Below are positions 37,179 through 45,958 of a stretch of 64,000 nucleotides of DNA, piece by piece. Source of the stretch: an uncultured Lachnospiraceae bacterium (lineage in GTDB: Bacteria; Bacillota; Clostridia; Lachnospirales; Lachnospiraceae); contig CAYLUV010000001.1 in NCBI GenBank assembly GCA_964386955.1, positions 13,054 to 77,053 of the forward strand, read 5' to 3'. The notes beneath the pieces are model-generated. The model did no database searches, was not told the origin of the DNA, and saw only the letters and a program-made list of their open reading frames with translations. The number at the start of each line of letters is the position of its first letter. The stretch's first letter is position 1. Made by a program: the position numbers and the translations under genes.

Positions 37179-38468
37179 ATGGTACATAACGTAAAACTTG
37201 GGAAAAATATGAGAAGTGTCTCCATTGTAGGAATCGGTGCAACTCCATTTTTTAATGGTGTAGAAAACAAAACCTATAAAGGATTAACAAATGGTGAACT
37301 TTTTGGTTATGCGTCGTTGGATGCCATGAAAGATGCAGGAATGGAACCTCGTGATGTGCAGTATTTCTTTCATGGGTCTGCTAACCCATATGTGTTAAAT
37401 AAAAGTATTACACCAAATTTACAGGTGGCTGATTGGTTTGGTATGAGAGGAAAAGGTTCTATTTCTCACTCAGAAGGCTGCTGTACAGGATATATTGCGT
37501 TGGAAGAGGCAGTATTTGCAGTTGCGAGTGGAGCATATGATATTGTGTTGACAGGCTGTAGTGAGCAGGGAACAGGTATGCCTGATGGTAACACACCAGC
37601 GCACATGCGTGTACCATTAACAACAGATATTTTGTTCCCAGATCTTGATTCTATCTTTGACCGTTCTTATGGAAGATTTCTTGGTGGTGGACCAGGCATG
37701 AATCATGATGATTGGATTAATTATTATGCAAAAGAAAACGGACTTACACCAGAGCAGATTGACGAAGTATTGGCACATCAGGCATATCATTTCAGACGTG
37801 CTGCAACGCTTTGCCCTCGAGCAATTAGAAGAACACCATATGAGCAGTTGGCAAAGGAAGCTGGTTATGACAATGTATGGGATTATATGAAATCTCCACA
37901 CAATCCTAAAATGACACAGTATTTAAGAACATCAAGTGATTCCTGCGTGGCAGATGGTGCTGCTGCTTGTATTGTTGTGCCTACAGAGATTGCAAAACAG
38001 TTTACAGATAAACCTATAGAAGTTTTAGCGATTGGATCTTCTGTATTGGATGCGATTGTTCCTCATTTAGAGAAAAAAGCAACAGCAGAAGCGGCACGTC
38101 AGGTATTTGAAATGACAGGTTTAACTGCAGATGATATGGATTTATTATACGTAAATGACTTTATTGGTTCTTCCGCTTTCCTCGCAGCAGAAGAAATTGG
38201 TTATCTTCCAAAGGGTGAAGGATGGAAATATGTATTAGATGGAAGAATTGCTTACGATGGAGATAAACCAATGAACACAAATGGAGGAAGAACATCGTAT
38301 GGTCATGCGTTTGCTGCATCCGGTATGGCAGATATTTTTGAAGCTGTTACACAGATGAGAGGAGAAGCAGGAGAACGTCAGATTAAGAAACTTCCAAAAT
38401 ACACTTTTATCCGTGGCTTTGGTGGAGCACAGAATGTGCGTGCGATTATTTTGAAATCAAATTTTTAA
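37179..38468 (+). CDS. SCP-x/nsLTP-type thiolase-like protein (DUF35-partner thiolase)
   Basis: Thiolase fold with Cys in SEGCCTGYIALEEAV and a C-terminal block NTNGGRTSYGHAFAASGMADIFEAVTQMRGEAGERQ, typical of SCP2-type thiolases. SD GGGAG is 7 nt before ATG 37179; an alternative ATG is at 37209. Confidence 0.85.
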   Translation: MVHNVKLGKNMRSVSIVGIGATPFFNGVENKTYKGLTNGELFGYASLDAMKDAGMEPRDVQYFFHGSANPYVLNKSITPNLQVADWFGMRGKGSISHSEGCCTGYIALEEAVFAVASGAYDIVLTGCSEQGTGMPDGNTPAHMRVPLTTDILFPDLDSIFDRSYGRFLGGGPGMNHDDWINYYAKENGLTPEQIDEVLAHQAYHFRRAATLCPRAIRRTPYEQLAKEAGYDNVWDYMKSPHNPKMTQYLRTSSDSCVADGAAACIVVPTEIAKQFTDKPIEVLAIGSSVLDAIVPHLEKKATAEAARQVFEMTGLTADDMDLLYVNDFIGSSAFLAAEEIGYLPKGEGWKYVLDGRIAYDGDKPMNTNGGRTSYGHAFAASGMADIFEAVTQMRGEAGERQIKKLPKYTFIRGFGGAQNVRAIILKSNF

Positions 38469-38494
38469 TGAAAGAATAGATAAGAGGTATTAGT

Positions 38495-38647
38495 ATGAGT
38501 GCTGAAAAGATAAAAGCAGAAGAATTTTGGAATCCAGAACATATTGTCGAGACATTTTGGAACGGATTAAAAGAAGGAGTTATCTACGCAAGAAAGTGCG
38601 AAGTATGGTCATGCGTTTGCTGCATCCGGTATGGCAGATATTTTTGA
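38495..38647 (+). pseudogene. Chimeric 50-codon ORF: DUF35 N-terminal 36 codons fused out of frame into duplicated thiolase 3' sequence
   Basis: ATG 38495 carries the same SD as the intact gene. The translation is MSAEKIKAEEFWNPEHIVETFWNGLKEGVIYARKCE then VWSCVCCIRYGRYF, with stop at 38645-38647. Confidence 0.8.
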
Positions 38648-38774
38648 AGCTGTTACACAGATGAGAGGAGAAGCAGGAGAACGTCAGATTAAGAAACTTC
38701 CAAAATACACTTTTATCCGTGGCTTTGGTGGAGCACAGAATGTGCGTGCGATTATTTTGAAATCAAATTTTTAA
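38603..38774 (+). pseudogene. Duplicated 3' fragment of the thiolase-like gene (last 56 codons + stop), without start or promoter
   Basis: Identical to 38297-38468. There is no in-frame upstream continuation. Confidence 0.85.
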
Positions 38775-38800
38775 TGAAAGAATAGATAAGAGGTATTAGT

Positions 38801-39238
38801 ATGAGTGCTGAAAAGATAAAAGCAGAAGAATTTTGGAATCCAGAACATATTGTCGAGACATTTTGGAACGGATTAAAAGAAGGAGTTATCTACGCAAGAA
38901 AGTGCGAAGAATGCGGTGAAATTGAATTTCCACCTCATATCGCATGCAATAATTGTGGCTATCATGAAACAAAGTGGACGACATTAACCGGTAAAGGACA
39001 GTTGAATACATTTGTATTTACTGGTGTAACCAATGCTAGATTAGAATTAGAAGAACGTGGACTTAAGTATGTCTGTGGAGAAGTTCAGTTGGATGAAGGT
39101 CCTGCTATTAATGCAGTTATTCTTGGCATTAATAAAAAGAAGGGGCGTGAAATTGAGCATAAACTTCCTTTGAGAGTGCGTCCAGTTTTTTATGATATGG
39201 GTAGATATACTACACTATTTTTTGAATTAGACGAGTAA
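38801..39238 (+). CDS. DUF35 protein (Zn-ribbon + OB-fold), thiolase partner
   Basis: Rubredoxin-like ribbon CEECGEIEFPPHIACNNCG, followed by an OB-fold region (GKGQLNTFVFTGV...CGEVQLDEGP). It is immediately downstream of the thiolase, as in archaeal thiolase/DUF35 and BbsAB-type pairs. Confidence 0.85.
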   Translation: MSAEKIKAEEFWNPEHIVETFWNGLKEGVIYARKCEECGEIEFPPHIACNNCGYHETKWTTLTGKGQLNTFVFTGVTNARLELEERGLKYVCGEVQLDEGPAINAVILGINKKKGREIEHKLPLRVRPVFYDMGRYTTLFFELDE

Positions 39239-39266
39239 TCGTGTTATAAAAACTGGAGGATTTGAA

Positions 39267-40271
39267 GTGAAGGTTTTAGAGCAAATTTATAGCAAAGCAA
39301 AAGAAAATCCGCAAAAAATCGCATTTCCAGAAGCAACAAATGAGAAGATGATGCAAGCTGCATATGAAACTGGAAAAGAAGGATATATCATACCGATTTT
39401 AGTTGGCGAAGCGGAAGAATTAAAAAAACTTGCACAGGATAGAGGATATGATTTATCTGTGTTCACTTTTGTCGATATCAATGAGGAAGAGTATAAAAAT
39501 CATCTTATTGCAGAATATGTAAAACAGCCAGATACAATGCTAAAAGAAAAAGCATTGGGCAGACGTATGCAAAATCCATTATATTATGCAATGGTAATGC
39601 AAAAAGTTGGTGAAGCAGATGTTACCTTTGCGGGGATTGATAATACAACAGGAGATGTTCTTTTAGCCGGACAGATGATCATTGGAATGAAGCCAGGAAT
39701 CAGCACAGTATCAAGTATTGGACTTGCAGACATTCCAGGTTATGAGGGAAGCGAAGGAACACTGTTGGCGATAGGAGACAGCGCTGTTTGTACAAATCCA
39801 AATGAGGAACAGCTTGCAAGTATTGCAATTTCTGCTTGTGATACAGTCCAGGAACTTCTAGGTTGGGAACCAAGATGTGCCATGGTTAGTTATTCTACAC
39901 TTGGAAGTGGTCAAGGTGAACTGATTGACAAAGTAAAAGCAGCCTTAAAAATTGCAAATGAACTTCGTCCAGACTTGGAGATTGATGGCGAGTTTCAGCT
40001 GGATGCAGCGATTGTACCTGAGGTTGCAGCTAAAAAAGTACAACGTGAGAGTCGCGTGGCAGGTAAAGCAAATGTACTTATTTGGCCAGATTTGAATGTT
40101 GGAAATACTGCGGTAAAACTGATCCAACAGTTTGGACATGCAGATGTATACGGTCCAATGCTGCAGGGCTTCAATAGTATTGTTTGCGATTGTTCCAGGG
40201 GAGCCCCAGTTTCAGAAATAAAGGGAAATATCGTAATTTCTGCTGCTCGTGCAGCAGGAAGCAAAAAATAA
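39267..40271 (+). CDS. Phosphate acyltransferase (PTA_PTB family; Pta-like, substrate unknown)
   Basis: A 334-aa protein with a Pta-like N-terminus (IAFPEATNEKMMQAAYETGKEGYIIPILVGEAEEL) and C-terminal blocks (YSTLGSGQGE; ANVLIWPDLNVGNTAVKL). GTG start follows SD TGGAGGA. Confidence 0.85.
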   Translation: MKVLEQIYSKAKENPQKIAFPEATNEKMMQAAYETGKEGYIIPILVGEAEELKKLAQDRGYDLSVFTFVDINEEEYKNHLIAEYVKQPDTMLKEKALGRRMQNPLYYAMVMQKVGEADVTFAGIDNTTGDVLLAGQMIIGMKPGISTVSSIGLADIPGYEGSEGTLLAIGDSAVCTNPNEEQLASIAISACDTVQELLGWEPRCAMVSYSTLGSGQGELIDKVKAALKIANELRPDLEIDGEFQLDAAIVPEVAAKKVQRESRVAGKANVLIWPDLNVGNTAVKLIQQFGHADVYGPMLQGFNSIVCDCSRGAPVSEIKGNIVISAARAAGSKK

Positions 40272-40292
40272 GATAGGTCTAAGTTAAAGGTG

Positions 40293-40913
40293 TTAGGTCA
40301 AAGGATATTCTATTAATTTAATTGCAGTATCACTGTATTCGTAACAGAGTGAAAGGATATGGCCTTGAGAAAGTGTTGACTGATAGCAGGCAACAGAACT
40401 GTCAGAACAAATGATATTCATGAGGTCTTTTGTTTGAGTAAAAGAAAAAGAGAAATCCTTCAAATTGGTATCAACACCTAAGCCGGATTTTTTTACATAG
40501 GCTTCCTTTAGTGTCCACAGGCGGTAGAACCACTCTTGTCTAAGCGGCAAAGTGGAGCCTGTACGCTGGAGGAAGTCTTTTTCTGTTTTGGACAAAGATT
40601 TTGTTATCAAGATTTCAGGAAAATAGCCTGGAAATTCTACATCAACACCAATGGATGCGGTGTCAAATGCACATGCTACAAGGCCATTGCAATGACTGAT
40701 ATTAAAAAATATGTCTAAATGTTCAGCCAAAAAGGGTTTTCCGTTGGAATCTTTTTTCAAAGCAGAATCAAGTTCTTTAAGAGAAAGTTCGATACCATAG
40801 ATATCTTTCAGTCCATGCAGAAGAAGTTCTCTGCCCAAGATATGTTCTTGATTACTGATAGATGATATGGTTGAGTCAACAGATGTATAATAAGTATAGT
40901 AAATAACTGGCAT
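40293..40913 (-). CDS. Sfp-type 4'-phosphopantetheinyl transferase
   Basis: Sfp-family motifs: KDSNGKPFL, FNISHCNGLVACAF, IGVDVE, FYRLWTLKEAYVKKSGLG. Confidence 0.85.
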   Translation of the reverse strand: MPVIYYTYYTSVDSTISSISNQEHILGRELLLHGLKDIYGIELSLKELDSALKKDSNGKPFLAEHLDIFFNISHCNGLVACAFDTASIGVDVEFPGYFPEILITKSLSKTEKDFLQRTGSTLPLRQEWFYRLWTLKEAYVKKSGLGVDTNLKDFSFSFTQTKDLMNIICSDSSVACYQSTLSQGHILSLCYEYSDTAIKLIEYPLT

Positions 40914-41007
40914 AAAAACTCCTTTTTATCAATGATGGTGATATTTATTATATCTATTATACATTATTTGTGGTGAAAATCATATAGAAAGAAATAAAGG
41001 TGAAGGT

Positions 41008-41811
41008 ATGTACTTGGAGAGAGAAGATGTTCGTTTATATTATGAAGTACATGGCGAAGGTGAACCGCTGTTACTTATTCATGGCGTGATAGTGGATTCT
41101 GATTTGTACCGACAAACAGCAAAATATTTGTCAAAATATTATCAAGTTATCACCTACGATAGAAGAGGAAATTCAAGAAGCACTTGTGAAAGAAAGTCAA
41201 AGTTCCACATAAAAGAGCAGACGGAAGACATATTGAATCTTATGGATGCTCTAGGGATAGACAAAATAAATATTGTCGGAAGTAGCGCTGGGGCAGTCAT
41301 TGGTCAGTATTTTCTTCAGGAATATCCGGATAGAGTTCGTCATCTGATTATGTATGAACCAGGTATGTTGGGACTTATGATGAATATAAGCGAGGAGTTT
41401 CGAGTATGGGTTGCCGAGATGGAAAAAATAATCAATAAAGGAAAATATAATATGGCACTACTCAAGTTTGCAGAACATATCGGCACATCAGATCCACGAA
41501 GCCCACAGAAGGAAGAGTCAGTATCCTTGCGTGAGATGGAAAATATAGAATACGCATTTAAGGTGGAAATACCAGGTTTAATTGCGTATCAACCAGATAT
41601 TGATCGGATGAAATTAGTTGCTGAAAAGATTACCATTGCTGCAGGCGAAAAGAGTGGTGATACAATGTATGTACAAATGTCCGCTTCATTAGCAAAACAG
41701 ATAGGGAAAGAAAATATCTTCTATCCAGGTGGCCACAATCTGCCTTATGATCTGCCGAAAGAGTTTGCAGTATGTGTTTTAGGCACGCTGATGCTTCAAG
41801 ATGAATGCTAA
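41008..41811 (+). CDS. Alpha/beta-fold hydrolase (possible thioesterase/esterase)
   Basis: HG oxyanion motif (LLLIHGVIVD), nucleophile elbow VGSSAGA and C-terminal GGHNLPYD. Confidence 0.8.
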   Translation: MYLEREDVRLYYEVHGEGEPLLLIHGVIVDSDLYRQTAKYLSKYYQVITYDRRGNSRSTCERKSKFHIKEQTEDILNLMDALGIDKINIVGSSAGAVIGQYFLQEYPDRVRHLIMYEPGMLGLMMNISEEFRVWVAEMEKIINKGKYNMALLKFAEHIGTSDPRSPQKEESVSLREMENIEYAFKVEIPGLIAYQPDIDRMKLVAEKITIAAGEKSGDTMYVQMSASLAKQIGKENIFYPGGHNLPYDLPKEFAVCVLGTLMLQDEC

Positions 41812-41815
41812 TATG

Positions 41816-42529
41816 CTAATTTTCAAGGGTGTTGTTGTTATCTAGTTGGCAGTTATCTTTTCTGATTTTCATTTTGAGGTCAAAGTCGGGATCGCAGCGT
41901 CGTTTATAACTGAGGTAACTGCCGCCGACCCTGGTTGTATTTAACAAATTTACAATTTCGTCAATAGGTAAAAAGTCATTTTCGTTATCCTCAATCCAGA
42001 GTTGTGCAGCTAACAAGTGCATCTCTAAAAAAAGGTGCACAAAAGGGGAACGCAATTCGTCTTTTGGTCGGCCATCACAATCCATCATATGATTGATATA
42101 TTCGGTTAAAATTTGTTTTACACGCTGAATAAAATAGGAATCCCCATTTTTTCGATCCAATAAGACTCTAATAGCTTTGTGGTGTTCTTTGCAAAATTCG
42201 AACCATGTCAAAAGCATTTCTGGTGGAGCGTAATCAAATTTGTCAATAAAATGTTCCTCTGGTATAACTGCGTAGGGAGCCTGATGGATATTCATGTATC
42301 TATTTGTAAGATCATCCAATAAAGAGGTTTCTAGGGATTCTATCAAATCATAAATATCATCATAATACTGATAGAAGGTTCCTCTTGTGATTTCAGCGTA
42401 TGCACAGAGTTCTTTTACAGATATCTTATCCCACTTCTTGTTAGTCATCAAATGCAGATAGGAATCAATTATTTTCTCTTTGGTTCGTGCAGATTTGCGA
42501 ATTTTCTTAGTTGCCGTTGTTTTTGTCAT
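41816..42529 (-). CDS. TetR-family transcriptional regulator
   Basis: N-terminal TetR HTH (KIIDSYLHLMTNKKWDKISVKELCAYAEITRGTFYQYY). Confidence 0.9.
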   Translation of the reverse strand: MTKTTATKKIRKSARTKEKIIDSYLHLMTNKKWDKISVKELCAYAEITRGTFYQYYDDIYDLIESLETSLLDDLTNRYMNIHQAPYAVIPEEHFIDKFDYAPPEMLLTWFEFCKEHHKAIRVLLDRKNGDSYFIQRVKQILTEYINHMMDCDGRPKDELRSPFVHLFLEMHLLAAQLWIEDNENDFLPIDEIVNLLNTTRVGGSYLSYKRRCDPDFDLKMKIRKDNCQLDNNNTLEN

Positions 42530-42589
42530 GAAGTGTCCCCTTTGTCAAATGATATTTAAATCATAAAATTAGTTTATCAAGATTATACA

Positions 42590-42604
42590 TGAAAAATTAT
42601 TTCA
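42590..42604. promoter_or_regulatory. Candidate TetR operator (TGAAAAATTATTTCA)
   Basis: A near-palindrome about 60 nt upstream of the TetR start. It shares ATTATTTCA and TGAAA with the site at 42801. Confidence 0.4.
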
Positions 42605-42800
42605 TATCAAGTTTGGAAATAAAAGTATATTGTACGACGCGAGAATGTTTTGCGCACGAAATATGTTAAATGATGGTACAATGACAACTGTGAATCCTAA
42701 TTAAATAAAAAAAATCTCATTTATTTTTGCCATATTAAAGCGGAAATAGTGAAGTTGAGGTGAAATAAAAAAATCGATATTCTTTTAACATAAAGACGCG

Positions 42801-42816
42801 TGAAATAATTATTTCA
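42801..42816. promoter_or_regulatory. Candidate TetR operator: perfect 16-bp palindrome TGAAATAATTATTTCA
   Basis: Exactly self-complementary. It lies 27 nt upstream of the flavoprotein ATG at 42843. Confidence 0.45.
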
Positions 42817-42842
42817 AAAAAATTAAATTGAAGGAGAAAAAA

Positions 42843-43805
42843 ATGGAGAAGAAAAAAGTTGTTGGATTTTCTTTTGGAAGAAAATTAAGTAATACGGAGA
42901 TTCTCATTAAAGAAGCTCTGTTGGAATGTGAAAAAGCAGGAATGGAAATTCAATTTGTTAGATGCGATGATTTGGATATTCATATTTGTACTGGATGCTG
43001 TAGCTGTGTGGCTGGATTAGCAATGTGCACAGGCAATGGATCCTGTATACATAAAAACGATGATTTTCCAATTATTCATGAAGCGTTGATGTCTGCAGAT
43101 GCAGTTATTGTTGGTTCACCTACCTATGTTTTGGCTCCTACAGGAAACTTTAAGAAGGTGTGCGACCGCCTTGGCCCTGCTCATGACATTACTTTTATCA
43201 AACCAGCAATTGAGGCGGGAAAACGAGAAGGAAGAGCACCGGAAACATATCCGGATGAGAGATTTTTGAAGAAGAGAGTAGCGGCTTTAATTACAGTTGG
43301 AGGAGCGAGAACAGAAAACTGGTTATCACTTGCTATGCCTAATATGTTTGAATTTACTTTATCTATGGACATGTCTGTGGTTGACAAATTACAATATCCT
43401 GCGGCTATGGATTATGTCAGTGTTATCGGAAGAGAAGATGTTTTAGAAAGAGCACGTAAAGTTGGACAGAACATTGCAGAAGCGGTAGTGGCTGAAACAG
43501 AAGAAGAAAGAGTGAGATACAGAGGAGACGAAGAAGGCGTCTGCCCAGTATGTCATGAAAAAATATTGACAATCACAGGTCCAGGCACAACGGTAGAGTG
43601 TCCAATTTGCGGTATTAAAGGAGAATTAGAAATCGTAGATGGAACAATTAAGGCAAAATTTTCAGAGGAAGAGATAAAACGTTCTCGTTTATTTGAAGCG
43701 GGAAAATGGGAACATTCTGATGAAATCAGAGATGGTCTTAGAACACAGAGAAAAGTGGAAAATCTTGCTGAAAAGAAGAAAAAATATATTGGCGTTGGTG
43801 AATAA
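42843..43805 (+). CDS. Flavodoxin-fold (FMN-reductase/iron-sulfur flavoprotein-like) protein with Cys cluster and C-terminal Zn-ribbon
   Basis: Isf/FMN_red-like features: VVGFSFGRK...; Cys-rich CTGCCSCVAGLAMCTGNGSC; VIVGSPTYV. C-terminal ribbon CPVCHEK...CPICG. ATG 42843 is 6 nt after AAGGAG; the ORF-track TTG is at 42828. Confidence 0.7.
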   Translation: MEKKKVVGFSFGRKLSNTEILIKEALLECEKAGMEIQFVRCDDLDIHICTGCCSCVAGLAMCTGNGSCIHKNDDFPIIHEALMSADAVIVGSPTYVLAPTGNFKKVCDRLGPAHDITFIKPAIEAGKREGRAPETYPDERFLKKRVAALITVGGARTENWLSLAMPNMFEFTLSMDMSVVDKLQYPAAMDYVSVIGREDVLERARKVGQNIAEAVVAETEEERVRYRGDEEGVCPVCHEKILTITGPGTTVECPICGIKGELEIVDGTIKAKFSEEEIKRSRLFEAGKWEHSDEIRDGLRTQRKVENLAEKKKKYIGVGE

Positions 43806-43819
43806 GAAGGGTGATGAAG

Positions 43820-45958
43820 ATGAAAGAGCAAGTGACAGTTTGGATCGACGGAAAACAGATACAAACTGAATATGGAAAACAGATGTTGGATGTGGCCTTA
43901 GAAAATGGAATCTACATACCTCATTTGTGCCATCATCCAGATCTGCCTGATATTGGCTCATGTCGCTTGTGTTTAGTACAGAAAGAAGGAAGTGATGATG
44001 TCATTCCGTCTTGTACATTAAAGGCAGAAGATGGATTAAAGATTACTACACAGAGCGAAAAAATACAGCAATATAGAAATTTGTCTATGGAATTGATTTT
44101 GGCAGCACATCCGGAAGATTGTTCTACTTGCCCTAAATATGGTAGATGTGAACTGCAAACATTAATTCAGTACATGGGTGTCTCAGCAATGCGAATGAGA
44201 ACCAGAACAAAAGGGTTTGCAAAAAATGAAAAGAATCCATTATATGTTCATGATATGACACGTTGTATATTGTGCGGTCGATGTGTGCGTGCATGCAAAG
44301 ACTTAAGAGGTGTTGGCGTTCTCCAGTATAACAGAGATGATATGGAAGTATATGTGGGGACAATTAAAGATAAGCTCTTAAAAGATAGCGATTGTCGGTT
44401 CTGCGGCGCGTGTGCAGAGGTTTGTCCGACAGGAACGATTAGAGATCTTATTAATTATACTCCGATTGAGAAAAAAGATGCCCTGGTTCCATGTCAAGCA
44501 ACATGTCCGATTCATACAGATATTCCTAGATATGTACGATTAGCAAAAGAAGGGAAATTTGATGAAGCAACGGCGGTTATCCATGAGAAATTACCATTTC
44601 CAGAGTGTTTGGGTCATGTATGCGCCCATACTTGCGAAGCGTCTTGTCGAAGAGGAGACGTAAATGAACCAATTTCTATTCGAAATATAAAACGTTATGT
44701 GGCAGAACATACAGATAATGCATTGTGGAAGAAAAATAGCAAACAGCTTCCAGCTACAGGGAAGAAGGTTTGTGTGGTAGGTGGTGGACCAGCGGGTATG
44801 ACAGCAGCATTCTATCTTGCAAAACAGGGACATGAAGTTGTTTTAAAAGAAGCAAATGCAGAATTAGGCGGTCAAATGCAGTATGGTATTCCTTCCTATC
44901 GTCTTCCTAGGGATACTGTTAAAAAAGAAGCAGCATATTTAGAAGATGTCGGTGTCAAGATAGAGAAAAACTGTCGCGTAGAAAAACCGGTAGATTTGTT
45001 AAACGAATATGATGCTGTTCTTATGGCTATTGGAACACATCAGGGTGTTCGCCTTTCCATGGAGGGAAATGATTTAGAAGGTACGTTGTTGAATGCAGAT
45101 TTCCTAAAAAATGCGTCCATGAATCAAGAAACTGGAATGGGAGAAAAAGTTGTTGTGTTAGGTGGTGGAAATGTAGCCTTTGACTGTGCAAGAACAGCAG
45201 TACGATTAGGCGCAAAAGAAGTACACCTTGCATGTCTAGAAAAGAGAGAAGCAATGTTGGCTGATGACGAGGAAATTGAACAAGCAAAAGAAGAAGGAAT
45301 TTTTATTTATCCTGGCAGAAATTTTGAAAAAATCTGTGGAGATACTTCTGTGACAGGTGTTCAGTTTAGCAAAATCAAGAGTTTTACATTTGATGAAAAT
45401 CGTCGTGCAATCATAGAAAAAGAAGATAATTCAGAGCATACAGTTGAATGTGATACAGTAATTTTTGCTGTAGGACAGAGAACTGCATTGGCTGAGGATT
45501 CTGGTTTGGAACGAGGAAGAGCAAATTCTATTGCAGTAAAAGAAAATAGCAAGGAAACAAATGTAGAAGGAATTTTTGCTTGCGGTGATGCAATCTATGG
45601 AACAAAAACAGTCATTCAGGCAGTAGCGTCAGGAAGAGAAGCGGCAACAGAGATTGACAGATATCTGGGTGGTGATGGAGACATTTCAGAAGTGCTTCTT
45701 CCAAGAGAGGAAGTGGATTCTAAGATTGGAAAAGTGGAAAACTTCGGATATCTGGAACGTGCAGAAGAACAATTTTTAGGCGCAGAGGAACGAAAAAAAG
45801 ATTTTAGACCAATTAGTGGTGGCATTTGTGATCAAGAAATTTGCAAAGAGGCAGGAAGATGTTTACAGTGTGATTTGAGATTTTCTATTACTGCACCACG
45901 AGTTTGGAGTGACTATACTGATCAGAACGAAAAGGAGGCCGCAGCAGATGTTAATTAA
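43820..45958 (+). CDS. Multi-cluster Fe-S / FAD NAD(P)H oxidoreductase: NuoG/HydA-type N-terminal domains fused to a GltD/NfnB-like module
   Basis: Motifs in order: 2Fe-2S (GSCRLCLV); His-Cys3 cluster (AHPEDCSTCPKYGRCELQ); two ferredoxin motifs (CILCGRCVRAC; CRFCGACAEVCP); GltD-type Cys motifs (CQATCP..., CAHTCEASCRRG); FAD Rossmann VCVVGGGPAGMTAA; NAD(P)H Rossmann VVVLGGGNVAFDCA. Start is ambiguous (GTG 43811, ATG 43814 or ATG 43820). Confidence 0.85.
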   Translation: MKEQVTVWIDGKQIQTEYGKQMLDVALENGIYIPHLCHHPDLPDIGSCRLCLVQKEGSDDVIPSCTLKAEDGLKITTQSEKIQQYRNLSMELILAAHPEDCSTCPKYGRCELQTLIQYMGVSAMRMRTRTKGFAKNEKNPLYVHDMTRCILCGRCVRACKDLRGVGVLQYNRDDMEVYVGTIKDKLLKDSDCRFCGACAEVCPTGTIRDLINYTPIEKKDALVPCQATCPIHTDIPRYVRLAKEGKFDEATAVIHEKLPFPECLGHVCAHTCEASCRRGDVNEPISIRNIKRYVAEHTDNALWKKNSKQLPATGKKVCVVGGGPAGMTAAFYLAKQGHEVVLKEANAELGGQMQYGIPSYRLPRDTVKKEAAYLEDVGVKIEKNCRVEKPVDLLNEYDAVLMAIGTHQGVRLSMEGNDLEGTLLNADFLKNASMNQETGMGEKVVVLGGGNVAFDCARTAVRLGAKEVHLACLEKREAMLADDEEIEQAKEEGIFIYPGRNFEKICGDTSVTGVQFSKIKSFTFDENRRAIIEKEDNSEHTVECDTVIFAVGQRTALAEDSGLERGRANSIAVKENSKETNVEGIFACGDAIYGTKTVIQAVASGREAATEIDRYLGGDGDISEVLLPREEVDSKIGKVENFGYLERAEEQFLGAEERKKDFRPISGGICDQEICKEAGRCLQCDLRFSITAPRVWSDYTDQNEKEAAADVN

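Larger units (their letters stand above)
38297..38908 (+). repeat. Perfect 306-bp direct tandem duplication (2 copies: 38297-38602 and 38603-38908)
   Basis: The two copies were aligned base by base by eye and are identical over all 306 nt. The unit holds the thiolase 3' end, the intergenic SD and the first 36 codons of the DUF35 gene. Confidence 0.97.

Noticed and set aside
41805-41822. The tandem 8-mer ATGCTAAT ATGCTAAT at the 4-bp gap between the convergent hydrolase and TetR stop codons.
   Set aside because: It is very short and provides both stop codons. It is probably a trivial microduplication of no discernible consequence.
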